This document shows, piece after piece, positions 29,601 through 39,688 of a DNA stretch of 64,000 nucleotides. The translations under genes and the position numbers were made by a program. Within the stretch, counting starts at the first letter, position 1. Every line of letters starts with the position of its first letter. The DNA is taken from NCBI GenBank assembly GCA_002633005.1, contig NMRA01000034.1:266136-330135 (forward strand), read 5' to 3'. The stretch comes from Phoronis australis. Lineage: Eukaryota; Animalia; Phoronida. The notes beneath the pieces are model-generated. The model searched no databases. It was given only the letters and a program-made list of their open reading frames with translations, and was not told the DNA's origin.

Positions 29601-32600
29601 TACTGCGCTACGGTTGGGAAATATAATGATATTGAGAATGCAAATTCACAATAAATTGTTGAAATGATCAATTCGTCAGATGGTGCCTACATAGGACGTA
29701 CATCAGGCAGGTTCGCCCTCTTTCTCCGGTCGACAAGATTGTCGATAATAATCGAATACTGGATTGATATCTTATGAAATCCTCTCAAGTTTTCACTGTC
29801 ATGAATGGCTATAGAATATGTTTGAAATCATGAGATAGGTTGGGTTAACAGTGACACGAAAGGTTTTCTCATAGGACCTTATTGCCATGTCTGTACATCT
29901 TGCCTATCGGCAACTAGAACTCTATAATTTAACCCGTTTATATCCAGAAAGCTGAAATTCCGTAGAATATATTTGTTGACTTTATACACAATCTGATATC
30001 AATAAGCTCATGTGACCATGCTTTTTAGTAGAATTTACCAAAAAGGAAGGCAAATTCAAAACAGTAAGACTAATTACATGACCAAATTTCGTATGTTAAT
30101 ACAAAATCTCAAAAACGCTGTTACAGTTTTCTTGTAGTAGAATAGTGGAGAATAACTCGACTTAGTAGCAGCGTTGTGTTGTGTTGTGGACAGTCTCGGT
30201 CCGTCAGTGAGATGGTTGTATTCAGTAACTAAGTGTGGAACACTCAATTACACTAGTAAAGCAACTGGCAGTAGCAAGATGAGGACTGTCTTTATTAGAC
30301 AAGTGAACGGATTTATATACAAGTCACAAGTATGTGGGTTGCATGCACCAAACTTTATGATTCAATATTCTACAGGAAAATAACAGGAAGCAACTCTAAA
30401 AACTTTCACAACAATCATCTGAACTATTCTGTTGTGTTTGCCATATATGGTAATGGTCAGCTGTCTCTAGGCTATGTTTCTGTGAATGACCATTACGCAA
30501 TCTTGTTTACTACAGAGATCATCAAAACATGTGTGGATGCACCGGATGGGTTGGCCGCTGACTCAGCTGACAGCCAAAACAAGTTTCTATAAACACAAAC
30601 AATTGGCTAGCAAAGAAATAATATCAATAAGTAATAACACTATCAAACTAACATACTAAGAATTATATGTATCATGAATGTCACAGATTTCATGACATTT
30701 CTATAGTTTCATTTTCGTTTTATTCAACTTTTAAAAAATGTTTTCACAAAAATCATGTAAGCCGTGCTATTTGTTGATAGTCCCACGTGCAAAAGTGGAA
30801 CATTTGAAAATCAATTCCTAAAGACATTTTGGAGAACAGTGGAAAAAGCGCAATATCTGCAACTGTCATGTGAATTTGTACTTCTGAGATAGGATGATCC
30901 GAAGTTGCCAAAAATTGAACATTTTTCGAGGGCAGTACATCACCTTAAAAGGGTATGGTATAATCAAGGGGTTGTGGGTCGAGTTCGAATTATCAGTCAC
31001 TTGATAAGCAGCGGCGCGGGAATTTTGACCAGCAGTTGCAGAGGAAAGGTTGAGTAAATGACTAACTTTGATGCTTTTAAATCTCACTCAATTATTTTCG
31101 CAGCAACATTTGTTGTGATAGATTATTCGTAAGCCTATAGTTAGTGAGGATACTTCTGGCGTACACTAAACAACGTTGTGTTTGGTCAATTTATTAAGTA
31201 TTAGCGTGACATGAAGAACAAAACAACCAACAGTACCTAAATAGGCTGCAGACGTCCAGGTTGGCCTTAGTGGCATGTGAGGCTCTGTCCCCGGCCATTA
31301 GTGTACAGCTTAGCATATTGAGCCTGAGCTTCTTTTTTACTTGAAATGTCCCTTTATAGAGTCCTGCCGGGGAGCTCAGTTACACGCTGGGCCTAGTGTT
31401 GACAAACTGGTTATGTCTATGTTTCAAATGGAGAACAAAACTGAAGATTAGCGTATTTGTAAATTTAGTTACGTAGCTTTTAAAAAGAGACTGGAACAGT
31501 GGTCGGGCTCCACGTGGATTTATTCTCGTGCTACGTACAGTACTACCTTGTTTTGTGCTATAGTTACGGTTGGGTACCAGTATGTGAAAATCGGAAGGAT
31601 ATCGGTACTGATGATGCCAATTCGATACCGATACTCTTTCGATATCGATACCGAGTACTAAGTTACAACAAACTTGAGATATGAAGACTCGAGTGCCTAA
31701 CCCTAATCCTGATACTTAGGTTACTGAAAATGGGCAAACTATGTCCCATGTTTTATACAATCTTAAAGGGAAATTATCGGCGAAAAATTGATTTTCTGAG
31801 ACCAGCTTCAGCGAAGAAGCGGACTTGTAACCCGTGGACAAGCGCAAACGGAAAGTTACGCCTGCTGAGCTGTCTGTTTCAAGTGAAATTTACCTCGTGT
31901 CACATAGTTAACTGCACACAGGGAAATGAAATACTTACTGACCTGTAAAACCCCGTTGTAGTCAAAACAATAAATGTAGGGCACATGTTTACAATGATCG
32001 AACGAGAGATTTGTTATTATAAGTCAATGATACAACAATTAATTTTAATTAGCTACATATTGTTCTCGGCTGGGCATGCAACTTTCTGCTGGTGAAGCTA
32101 AGCAACCCCCCCCCCCGATAACTGGCCGAGTGATTATTAAGTGTATTTAACAAGTTAAGTCCCTGGTTTTGATTTGAGCAGATGCTTGGCAGACAATGGC
32201 GAGAATTGGTGATTTGTAATGAAACAGCCGTAAATCGATAGCGCACATTCAAGTAGATTGGCAGAACTTAAGATAATATTCAATGCCAGACGTAAGGCAT
32301 TCACAAATGAAAAAGCGGAACATCAGGATATAGGTCACAACGAAAGGAACAAATGCCCGCCACACAGAAACAACACCCCGATGACGTTTTTTCATTTTAG
32401 TAGCGCCCGTAAATTGGAACAGAGAAATATGAGTAAATCGTGTGCAAACGCACAAAAACATATGTAAATTTTGTCGCGTGTATCAAAAGCGGGCCATTCT
32501 GATGTCGTCGGTGGAGGGACACGGGCCACAATTAATTCAAACGCCAGGATAACCCCGCTGGAAGCTATAAAGATGACAAGAAGTGCAGTGGTCCTTCTTG

Positions 32601-33023
32601 CTTGTACGATATTCAAGTCCTAAAACTGCGGCAATTGTATTTAATCAAGTTTATCAGATAAAAATGTCAATTTTAGAGGTAATTATTGCGGTGTCACCCA
32701 TCCTCACTCGATAAGGTAATCTACACCTCTCCCAGCAACTATCAGACAAAAATGAATTGTTCTGCACCGGTGGTTTCAACAAAATGTCTGTTGACCTGGT
32801 GTACAAAAAAATAAATTGCCACTCACCATTTGCCCTTGTTGTTGCTTAGCAACCCAACAGATACACCGAAGTAGGAATTAGGTGAGCCAGAGAATATCTG
32901 TGGGCTGTTTCGAGTGTCCACGTTGAAGCATGCACTGTTACCAAAGCATAGACCAAACACTAATGCAAGACTGTTCCATGTGGCTGTCTTGGAAACGAGT
33001 CTCCGTTGATGACAAAACCACAT
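344..33023 (-). CDS. Integrin alpha subunit, no I-domain, alpha4/alpha9-like; spliced gene, 15 coding exons seen, 3' part runs off the left edge
   Basis: Exons 32827-33023, 20035-20156, 18893-18993, 17610-17810, 16414-16546, 11965-12050, 10703-10801, 10278-10418, 8598-8706, 7716-7901, 4124-4333, 3466-3638, 1828-1944, 918-1299 and 344-455 join in frame with GT-AG introns. The protein has a signal peptide then FNVD...SYFG, repeated FG-GAP motifs ([30 protein letters not shown]), Ca-binding loops [18 protein letters not shown] and [14 protein letters not shown] at the thigh start, and the genu [11 protein letters not shown]. Confidence 0.95.
918..1299 (-). CDS. Integrin alpha exon 14 (genu + calf-1)
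   Basis: [17 protein letters not shown]...[11 protein letters not shown]...[10 protein letters not shown]...TKLFE; gtatgc donor, phase 0 to 1. Confidence 0.9.
1828..1944 (-). CDS. Integrin alpha exon 13 (thigh)
   Basis: [18 protein letters not shown]...[15 protein letters not shown]; phase 0 to 0. Confidence 0.9.
2147..2257. repeat. (CA)n microsatellite
   Basis: Direct reading. Confidence 0.95.
2948..3253. repeat. Minisatellite, six copies of a 50-bp unit
   Basis: GTTCGTACTC recurs at 2951, 3001, 3051, 3101, 3151 and 3201; units differ by 0-2 nt. Confidence 0.95.
3466..3638 (-). CDS. Integrin alpha exon 12 (thigh)
   Basis: (S)[22 protein letters not shown]...[11 protein letters not shown]; gtaagt donor, phase 1 to 0. 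Confidence 0.88.
4124..4333 (-). CDS. Integrin alpha exon 11 (end of propeller, start of thigh)
   Basis: (D)[26 protein letters not shown]...[19 protein letters not shown]; phase 1 to 1. Confidence 0.92.
4504..5023. mobile_element. Non-autonomous TIR element, Academ-like
   Basis: TAGTCGGTGGGCCAGAT...ATCTGGCCCACCGACTA perfect 17-bp termini plus inner inverted block (GTGAGTACTTT.GGGGGGCAA), TAG...CTA ends and 3-bp TSD TAA/TAA. Confidence 0.8.
7277..7485. repeat. Short-period degenerate tandem repeat (TAGTCACAT / TAGTCATG motif)
   Basis: About ten occurrences of TAGTCA(C/T) variants within 200 bp. Confidence 0.75.
7716..7901 (-). CDS. Integrin alpha exon 10
   Basis: (D)[24 protein letters not shown]...[18 protein letters not shown](D); phase 1 to 1. 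Confidence 0.93.
8598..8706 (-). CDS. Integrin alpha exon 9
   Basis: [36 protein letters not shown](D); phase 0 to 1. Confidence 0.92.
10278..10418 (-). CDS. Integrin alpha exon 8
   Basis: [47 protein letters not shown], a canonical FG-GAP repeat with Ca-binding loop. Confidence 0.95.
10703..10801 (-). CDS. Integrin alpha exon 7
   Basis: [33 protein letters not shown]; 99 nt, phase 0 to 0, leads into the expected Q|MGSYFG junction. Confidence 0.85.
11965..12050 (-). CDS. Integrin alpha exon 6
   Basis: (G)[28 protein letters not shown]; phase 1 to 0. Confidence 0.9.
12100..15540 (+). mobile_element. Degenerate 5'-truncated non-LTR retrotransposon (CR1/L2-group-like), antisense in an integrin intron
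   Basis: Frameshifted fragments: endonuclease tail (SLVDY, ESDH), RT motifs IPVFKQG...YRRISLL, QAGFRKG, DFQKAF, G.RQG and LLYADD, then [23 protein letters not shown] and a terminal [10 protein letters not shown] motif; AATAAA at ~15530. Confidence 0.88.
13540..14054 (+). mobile_element. 3' fragment of a second LINE nested inside the first
   Basis: Interrupts the RT region. It encodes [14 protein letters not shown] (a typical LINE ORF2 C-terminal motif) and ends in AATAAA followed by a (TTA)n(TTG)n tail, after which the host RT sequence resumes. Confidence 0.7.
16414..16546 (-). CDS. Integrin alpha exon 5
   Basis: [22 protein letters not shown]...EFSQA(G); phase 0 to 1. Confidence 0.9.
17610..17810 (-). 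CDS. Integrin alpha exon 4
   Basis: [24 protein letters not shown]...[16 protein letters not shown]; gtaagt donor, phase 0 to 0. Confidence 0.9.
18136..18485. mobile_element. Inverted pair of Penelope-like terminal fragments with minimal hammerhead-like motifs
   Basis: ~70-bp arms at 18136-18207 and 18414-18485 are reverse complements. Each reads (T/A)T(G/C)AGGA-T-GGTGAA-loop-TTCAYC-GAAACG. Confidence 0.6.
18565..18662. repeat. (TA)n/(CA)n microsatellite
   Basis: Direct reading. Confidence 0.9.
18893..18993 (-). CDS. Integrin alpha exon 3
   Basis: (G)[33 protein letters not shown]; ctttcag acceptor, gtgagt donor, phase 1 to 0. Confidence 0.88.
20035..20156 (-). CDS. Integrin alpha exon 2
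   Basis: (W)[40 protein letters not shown]; AG/GT boundaries, phase 2 to 1. Confidence 0.9.
20498..20660. repeat. (GAT)n microsatellite
   Basis: Direct reading; source of the poly-D and poly-M ORFs. Confidence 0.95.
21189..23912. mobile_element. TA-flanked TIR element with subterminal ~30-bp repeats, host to nested insertions
   Basis: TA|CGGTGGTTCAAAGATGATATCACGCGTT... and ...AACGCGCGATGTCATCTTTGGGCCACCG|TA. GAGATCCCGA/ATTATCTC repeats occur at 21225-21340 and inverted at 23800-23880. Confidence 0.78.
21531..22911. mobile_element. Non-autonomous TTAA-targeting TIR element (Kolobok-like), copy 1
   Basis: TCAA|GATTATCCCAAACCTT...AAGGTTTGAGATATCC|TTAA; colinear with 28266-29563. Confidence 0.8.
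25069..25290 (+). pseudogene. Degenerate THAP-domain remnant
   Basis: Frameshifted MPRY...VPAC...[23 protein letters not shown]...[13 protein letters not shown]; a TTAA|AGG terminus-like sequence lies ~250 bp upstream at 24817. Confidence 0.6.
27014..27813 (+). mobile_element. Solo LTR, copy 1
   Basis: T(A)TCAGAA...CTCTGACA termini (TG...CA type), flanks ATTTG/GTTTG (5-bp TSD, one mismatch), AATAAA near the 3' end; homologous along its length to 34610-36071. Confidence 0.75.
27926..28085 (+). pseudogene. THAP-domain N-terminal remnant
   Basis: [13 protein letters not shown]...[20 protein letters not shown] fits M-x3-C-x4-C-x-N...LFxFPxD...W; truncated before the CxxHF motif. Confidence 0.6.
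28266..29563. mobile_element. Non-autonomous TTAA-targeting TIR element (Kolobok-like), copy 2
   Basis: TTAA|TGTTATCTCAAACCCTATT...AATAAGGTTTGAGATAACC|TTAA; same family as 21531-22911. Confidence 0.82.
32827..33023 (-). CDS. Integrin alpha exon 1 (signal peptide + FNVD start of beta-propeller)
   Basis: ATG at 33023; MWFCHQRR...[14 protein letters not shown]|[26 protein letters not shown]; donor GTGAGT, phase 2. Confidence 0.9.
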
Positions 33024-34609
33024 GGCTAAATTTGGCTGGGGCTCAACTATGAGGCCCGAAACCTGTTGCTGTAGTGCTGACTAAAACACCACCGTACGTC
33101 CTCACAACGGCTGTGTCAAATTAACCGGAATTAGTTTTCTATGTATTCCACGCTCACACATACAATGTTCTGTGCAAGAAACTTAAACACTCGATCGCTG
33201 GCAGGCGTGGTTGTGACTTCATCGCTTGATGCAAACACGACAAATAAGTCATTTCCTGAGTTCGGGTCAGCTATCTGATCAACATCCGTGGTGACTTCCC
33301 GTCTGTCCCAAACGAAAGAACATCCTTTCATGCTGTGTAAGGCAGGCAAGGAATATGTTTTCATGAACTTAGACTTGGCCAGTAAAAATAGCAGTGATTC
33401 GTTAGCCGATGCGATCGTTAGCATTTTTCAGTGAGCTTTTTTGGTAAGCGAATAAACATGTCATCGTCTGGGTCGGTCCACTGCGTGTAGCTGTTGTCGA
33501 TTCTTACAATATGACAACTTACTATCCCAGTGCGGCGACCAGGGCCGGGTAGACCTGGGGTCATGGGCTCCTCGTTGATTAACAGAATGAAGTAACATTC
33601 GGGCATTCGGACTGGTTGGAGAATAATACCAATGCATCCTGATTAGTTCGATGTTGAGAAATGTACAGGAATAATGCTATATCTAGCTGTTGAGAACTGC
33701 CGTTGTGGATTGCGGCTGTCGCAACAAGAAGGGGCTAAATCGGTACATTTCACACATATTCGCGTTTTTGACATACTCAAGGTAACGAAGCGTCAAATAA
33801 AACTAGAAAGCGGCTATCTATACTTTTCCGGCTCTTCCTAGTACCCTTGTTCACGCAAAAGGGCATGCACCCTGACTTGTGCGCCAGGACCACTCTAGAT
33901 CCCCTAGGTAGCTCTGTGACAGAGGCTAACACACTGACCAATGGCTTTAAACCGGACACTGACGTTTCGGATTACATAATACTTAAGAACATCATTAAAG
34001 ATGGCTTACGTAAATTCATCCTTACAAAATTGTCCTAATGTAAGTTGCTTTGAGTGCAACAACGGCACAACAGAAAAGTGGATTCATGAGCATCAGATGG
34101 CAGGTATTAGTTGGTTGTTTATTTTATTTCAACATTTAGGGCCTTGGCCCACATGCTACGATAAAATTTACAGGATAACGCTGAGCAGCTTTTCCCTGAG
34201 GGTAGTGGCGTGCAAAACTTTCAGTAGATTAATCTGAGCAATAAGCTCGAACATTTTAATTTGCTTTACAAATTTATGTTTATTTGGTTCACGCCAGCAC
34301 CACTCAGGTATAAATGCAGTTCTCAGAGAACAGTACTTTTTACATTGTCCTAATTAAGTTTCACTGAGACGTGATGCTTTGAGTGCGACAACGCACAGGC
34401 CAGTGAAAGGTGGATTCATGAGCACGGCAGGTATTAGTTATCTACCTTTGATAATACAGCAGTTCTCTTCTGTTATGAAACCAGCATCCGGGATCAAATC
34501 TTTTTACTCGAAATCAAAATCGAAATTTGTTTGGCACTTTCTATTCTACTTTCATATGTTTAAACCATAATTTATCGGAGCACAGAACAGTAGACACTTA
34601 CTTGAGCTC

Positions 34610-36071
34610 TGTCAGAATAAATATTGATTATTTAAGTAATTAGTAGAGATAATTTCATTTAAATTGCCCAAAACTTGTGCATATGCACTTTTAAACCATG
34701 AGTCAAACTCGTTTACATGTATTTGGGACGTTAACATCCATTTTCAGATGATATTTACCACTTTGGTTCTAGGGTCAATGTCTTTAAAGTTTCTAGAAAT
34801 TTCTGAGAGCAGATGGTAACAGCCAATGATATGATTAGATAAGCAATCTAGATCATGTGGTTTTTATAAGACAAACGTAAAGTAAGTGCGTTATTATAAT
34901 TTTGGCAGAAGTTTGGAAAATACTCAGATGGGATTTAATAGTTGAAGCTAGATTTGCTACAGTGTACAGAAGAAATTGTACGACAGAGCCATTTCATGGA
35001 AGATTCTCAAGAGAGTCTTGGCAAGGGCAAATATTAACGTACACTATGAGGAAGTTAATTTAGAGCTTGTCACTTGCATCGTGGGTAGTAAGAAACTGCT
35101 TGCAAGTGTTGCGTCAAGAGCAACTGTGACCAGCAAGTACTCTATGTGGCAGTACAGTGTGTGTTAGTTCGAAGATTCACCAATAGGACTGTCATACAAC
35201 GATAGACTCCTACAGCTTCGAGAACACACATCAATGGACTCTTCGCCCTTTCTTCACTCTGTCAAAAACTGCATGCAAAGAAAGAAATGTTTTGAGTCCG
35301 TTCATATCACAAGCCTTGCAGATGAGCTCAGAAACTTTATTCTCTCTCGTATTTTTGACCCTTTAACTCCCACTGAAAACCAGGCTAAACTGAGAAAAAT
35401 AGGGACAAAAACGCCAAATAGGCACTTTTCACACCAAAACTACCATTTCCTGCCAATGCTCGACCAAAGCCGACATTAGATTCCGAAAGCAAGTTTCCTA
35501 CCAATTCCAAAAATGTGGTCCAAATGTACTGTCAACCAACTATTTTTTTGAAAATCAGGCTTGTTTGAGGGCTACCTGAAATCGCGGCCAATTTATCAGT
35601 TTCGAGCCAGCAATGCACAATTGCAACAGGGGGCCACCATCTTGAAGAAAAGTGCAGCTACAGCCGAGTAAGTGGTCATTTTTCATCCTCAGCATGTCCA
35701 CAAATACAAACAAACCACATTCACTTGGCCTACATACAACACCCAACTAAAAAATGCCCCCAGCCTGGCCTACCCCTATATTTTAATATTTTGGGAGTGC
35801 AGCAGCCTAAATGTTCAGTGCTGCCACCAAAACATATAAGACGTTTGATTATTTTTAGTTAATTGATTGAAATAATCCTTACAGAGTGCGCTAGCGTATA
35901 GTTACACTTCTTCATGATTGTTGGTCTACTTTATCAACAACGGGTTCACTTGTTTTAGCTGGTGGTTATCATATAATAAATTAATTACTGGATTTAATCA
36001 TTCTCTTTCCATCCACGCACAATCTCAAAGCATGTCTACCTTTTAAACGAACCCACAGTCAACTTCTGACA
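34610..36071 (+). mobile_element. Solo LTR, copy 2 (with ~650-bp secondary insertion at ~35205-35850)
   Basis: TGTCAGAA...TTCTGACA inverted termini, flanks AGCTC/AGTTC (5-bp TSD, one mismatch). Confidence 0.78.
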
Positions 36072-36666
36072 AGTTCAGTCGCACATCGAGTGAAATGCCA
36101 AAAATAATATCGATCATTTTGAATACAACGAGGCTTGAACTGCATGAGTGAATGTTTACTTTCCAATAGCTAACACAAAGCGAAGTTCGTGTACCAAATT
36201 AGCCGGTCAAAAATAATTACCCAGTTTATAATTGTATAACTAATGGAAATATGACCGTGCTTTTGGTCATTTTTTTGTATCTAAAATGATATGAAGTGTT
36301 CTAGCAGAAGACCCATCAGCCGGTTCGTTAATACCGTGACCATGTTTTTTCTTACCCCCGTCATTTCTCGTTTCCCGTTGTAGAATAATAAATCTAGGGG
36401 GTGCATGTATATAGTCCAGCCAGCTACATAGTTAGATCCCGGACCTGTAAACTAGGATTCGCTCTCGAAAACGACACTCGTTCAGTTGGAAAATTCTGGT
36501 TTGAAGTCAACTCAACACGTAGGCTACTGCAAAACGCCCTGTCCGATTTTTTGCAACTCTTGTATTTGATTGTCCAAAAGAAGTGAAAAAACGTCGTTTA
36601 CTTGGACCATTCTGCCATTTTTTTCAACGAAGTCGGTCATCAACGCTCATGACACTCTGCTATCTG

Positions 36667-36842
36667 ACCGGGGATTTCCGATAAAGCGCCTATCTCCACA
36701 AAATTAAAAAGAAATGATGCCCAAGGATCTTTCCGGGAATGAAAAATAACTTTAAGAAATCGTTGTTTCCAAAACAGCGGGAAGAAAAAGCAAGTTGAAG
36801 AAATTATTGTCGTCCAGGGCGCTTTATCTGAAACCTCCGGTA
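36667..36842. mobile_element. ~175-bp MITE
   Basis: ACCGGGGATTTCCGATAAAGCGCC ... GGCGCTTTATCTGAAACCTCCGGT imperfect 24-bp TIRs. Confidence 0.6.
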
Positions 36843-39483
36843 TGACAACCCCCCCCCCCTGAGCTAGTGAATGTTTTACTGAGACGAATGACTAGAAATT
36901 TAGTTCCTTGGATTCTACTTCAGTTACACGAAAGTGAAACCAGTTTGGATAATTTGTTGCGTACTAACATAACCTTACCGTAGTAGACGAGAAAGCGCAC
37001 TGTTTACCCGGAGTATCCAGCGAAGTTCTCGGCGTATCAAGGGCTTGATGGCACCGTCACGGATTGAACTGAGCAAGTCGTCATTCATGGGCTTGGTTGA
37101 ACGTGTTGGATGAGATATTCGTTAACCAACACTCTTGTTTAGCGTACAGGTTTCAAAGTCAAAAAAACGAACAATAAAAAAGACAAACGATAACACAACT
37201 GTTTTTAAAATTGAAAAGTAAATAGTAGCCGCCTTTGAATTTTTTAAATCGATGCATCATAAGAGAAATTTGCGAACAGGTTTTCTCAGCATCGCGGCTA
37301 AGCCACAAGTATTATTTTGTGTATCGATTAGGACGGGTTAAATCCCGTCCTCACACACACTTACCCGAGAACAACTTGCGCTAATGCAACTTGCCCCACT
37401 TTGTAAGTGGAGCGTCCACACACAAACACACATACCTGATAACTAGGGTAAGGCGGAAATTGTCGCTCTGTGCATGACAATGGCTGGTGCGAATATGGCG
37501 CGCCCAAGAAGACCCGTCTGTACATGTATGTAACCGCAGCAGATGATTACTTCCGCCCTACCCCACGTTTATGGCCACACAGCCGGTTAAAGTGGCGCAA
37601 GTTACTCTAGAACAAAATGGGGGTAATAAAACCCCAAATGTTAGCGTAGGAGTTGTCTCATGCTGTCCCCGCGACGACTGGGTGATCTCGGCATACAACC
37701 TGTATGTGTATTAGTTCTATAAGTAGTAAGGCCGCTACCCGTATCCTTACAGAAAATTTCGAAACTGCATGGTACTGCGACATTGTTTGTGAGGCTAGTC
37801 AGCAGAGAAGATGGCCCGTGTCGAGTCGAGCCAAGGTTTTCAGCCAAGACGGTTATAAAGTCGATCCGACGCTTCTAATCTCTATAAACAAGACAGGCCT
37901 GGTTTATAGATGTGTCTGGTCTAAAAAAAATTTTTTGTGACATGAGGCGAGTGCATTTAGGACAACTTAAAGGTATGTAGGACTTTCGAAAATAATCCAA
38001 ATTTGGCAAACTTCTGAACATATATCTCAGACATCATTGATCGGATTCACACAAAACTTTCAGATGCTATGCTTTATGCAGTTTTCTACTAAATGCTAGA
38101 TTTTACGAAAAACACTGTCACGTGACCCAATCAATAGCAGATTTGTATATTAAAGTCGATAGACAAATTCTACTGATTTTCTACTTTCAGAAAATATATT
38201 ACTTTTACTGAGTTGAAATCTAGTTTTTCTTGTACACCCAGACTTGTCAATAAGATCCTAGACAACCCAAGTCCTCTGTTGTTTGAAAGTATCAGTGATA
38301 CAAGTGTGAAATATCACCATCGAAATTTCGCGATTTCGACGAATTATGTGAAGCAGCACTGAAGTCGAGAAAGGAACATTTTGTTGCGATTTTGTGCTTC
38401 AAAACTTCGTCGAATTTCGACGTTGTCCACTTTATATTGAAAACTACTGTAAGAAGTATTAATCACAATTATTTTGAGCAAGTTGGAGATAACACAAATT
38501 TAAACAAAACGCAAACGATTTGTAACTTCACATTTGAGTGTATATCATTATTAATATGCAGACAAATGTAAAAAATTTTCAATTATTAATCCAACTGTGC
38601 CACGTGTCAACATGTCAAAGGCTTGATCGCCAACCTACGGACACAGTTTTAACCTTTTGACGTGAAAACTTGGTGCAGAAACAGACATACTGCAAAATGC
38701 ACATTAAGATTTATTATTCATGCACCTCTACGTAACAAATTTGTTTCCTTAGCAGGCGAGTAATATGGAAGTCAAATACTAACCACGTATCATAAATTCA
38801 TTTTCATCTCTGGGTACAAATTTCTGCGGGTGCGCAAATTTATAAAAGAACTACAAAGATTACATTATTCTACTTTAAGAAATCTATACAAATAGCAAAT
38901 TAAAAGCAGTGACCGTGAACCAATGTCGTCAAGCCGTGTTGTGGGGCTTTGAACGTGCACACACTGAAAGCGCATTTCAGGAAATGTGGAAACCAAGTCA
39001 GAAGTGGGAGTCAATCCCGAATGTGAGGCCATTTTGAGCTTGCTGGTGCTTCCAAAATAACCCCCAGAAAGGGGAGTATGTAAAAGAAAAATATCAAAAG
39101 AAACACCTCAAGGAACTAGTATCAGTTTTGTCTAAATTTTGTCCTTCAGAGGTCGCTGACGAACACAAAAAGTTCTGAATGACTTGGGAACAAATAGTTT
39201 CTACATCACGCGTTTGTGGTTCATCAGAGGTTGAGTTAAATTTTCTTTCGTAGTTTCAGCTTGTACACATACTTCTAAAGCATATCAGCTTATTGTAAGT
39301 GTGCGGCATTCTGAGTATAGACTCAAGATGCTGTAAGGCTAATCAAAATCTGCTTCCAAACCATAGCCCCGTTTTATCAACATTTGCAACATAGATCCAC
39401 GGGCCACTTTTGGGTGAGTCTGATTTCAAAAATTTCCCGCATGTGCACACGACGCGATCAACAGTGTTCACTTGTCTACGGAT

Positions 39484-39688
39484 CTACGATGACAAGTGGT
39501 TGGCCAGTTCTACATAAGAAATCTGGCCGCTCTGGTCTGTATCCACCATACGCATCAGTCTGTCCATGTCGTCCTCCGTGTAATCCTTCTTATTGACCTC
39601 CTCCATCACTTTCTCAAGCTCTTCCCTCGTTATGGTCCCGTCACCGTTCACGTCAAAGCTTTTGCACACCCCAATGAATGTCTGTACT
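39484..39688 (-). CDS. EF-hand protein last coding exon (EF3, EF4)
   Basis: (K)VQTFIGVCKSFDVNGDGTITREEL...RMVDTDQSGQISYVELANHLSS*; ttgcag acceptor. Confidence 0.92.

Noticed and set aside
32392-32616. ORF with a hydrophobic TM-like stretch in integrin intron 1
   Set aside because: Non-ATG start, no recognisable domain, and no exon needed there for the integrin frame.
27014-36071. Full-length LTR retrotransposon between the two LTRs
   Set aside because: Each LTR has its own TSD, and the interval holds host exon 1 and DNA transposons with no gag/pol sequence.
37968-38880. TTAA|AGG-starting Kolobok-like non-autonomous element
   Set aside because: I could not find a matching right TIR, so boundaries are unsupported.
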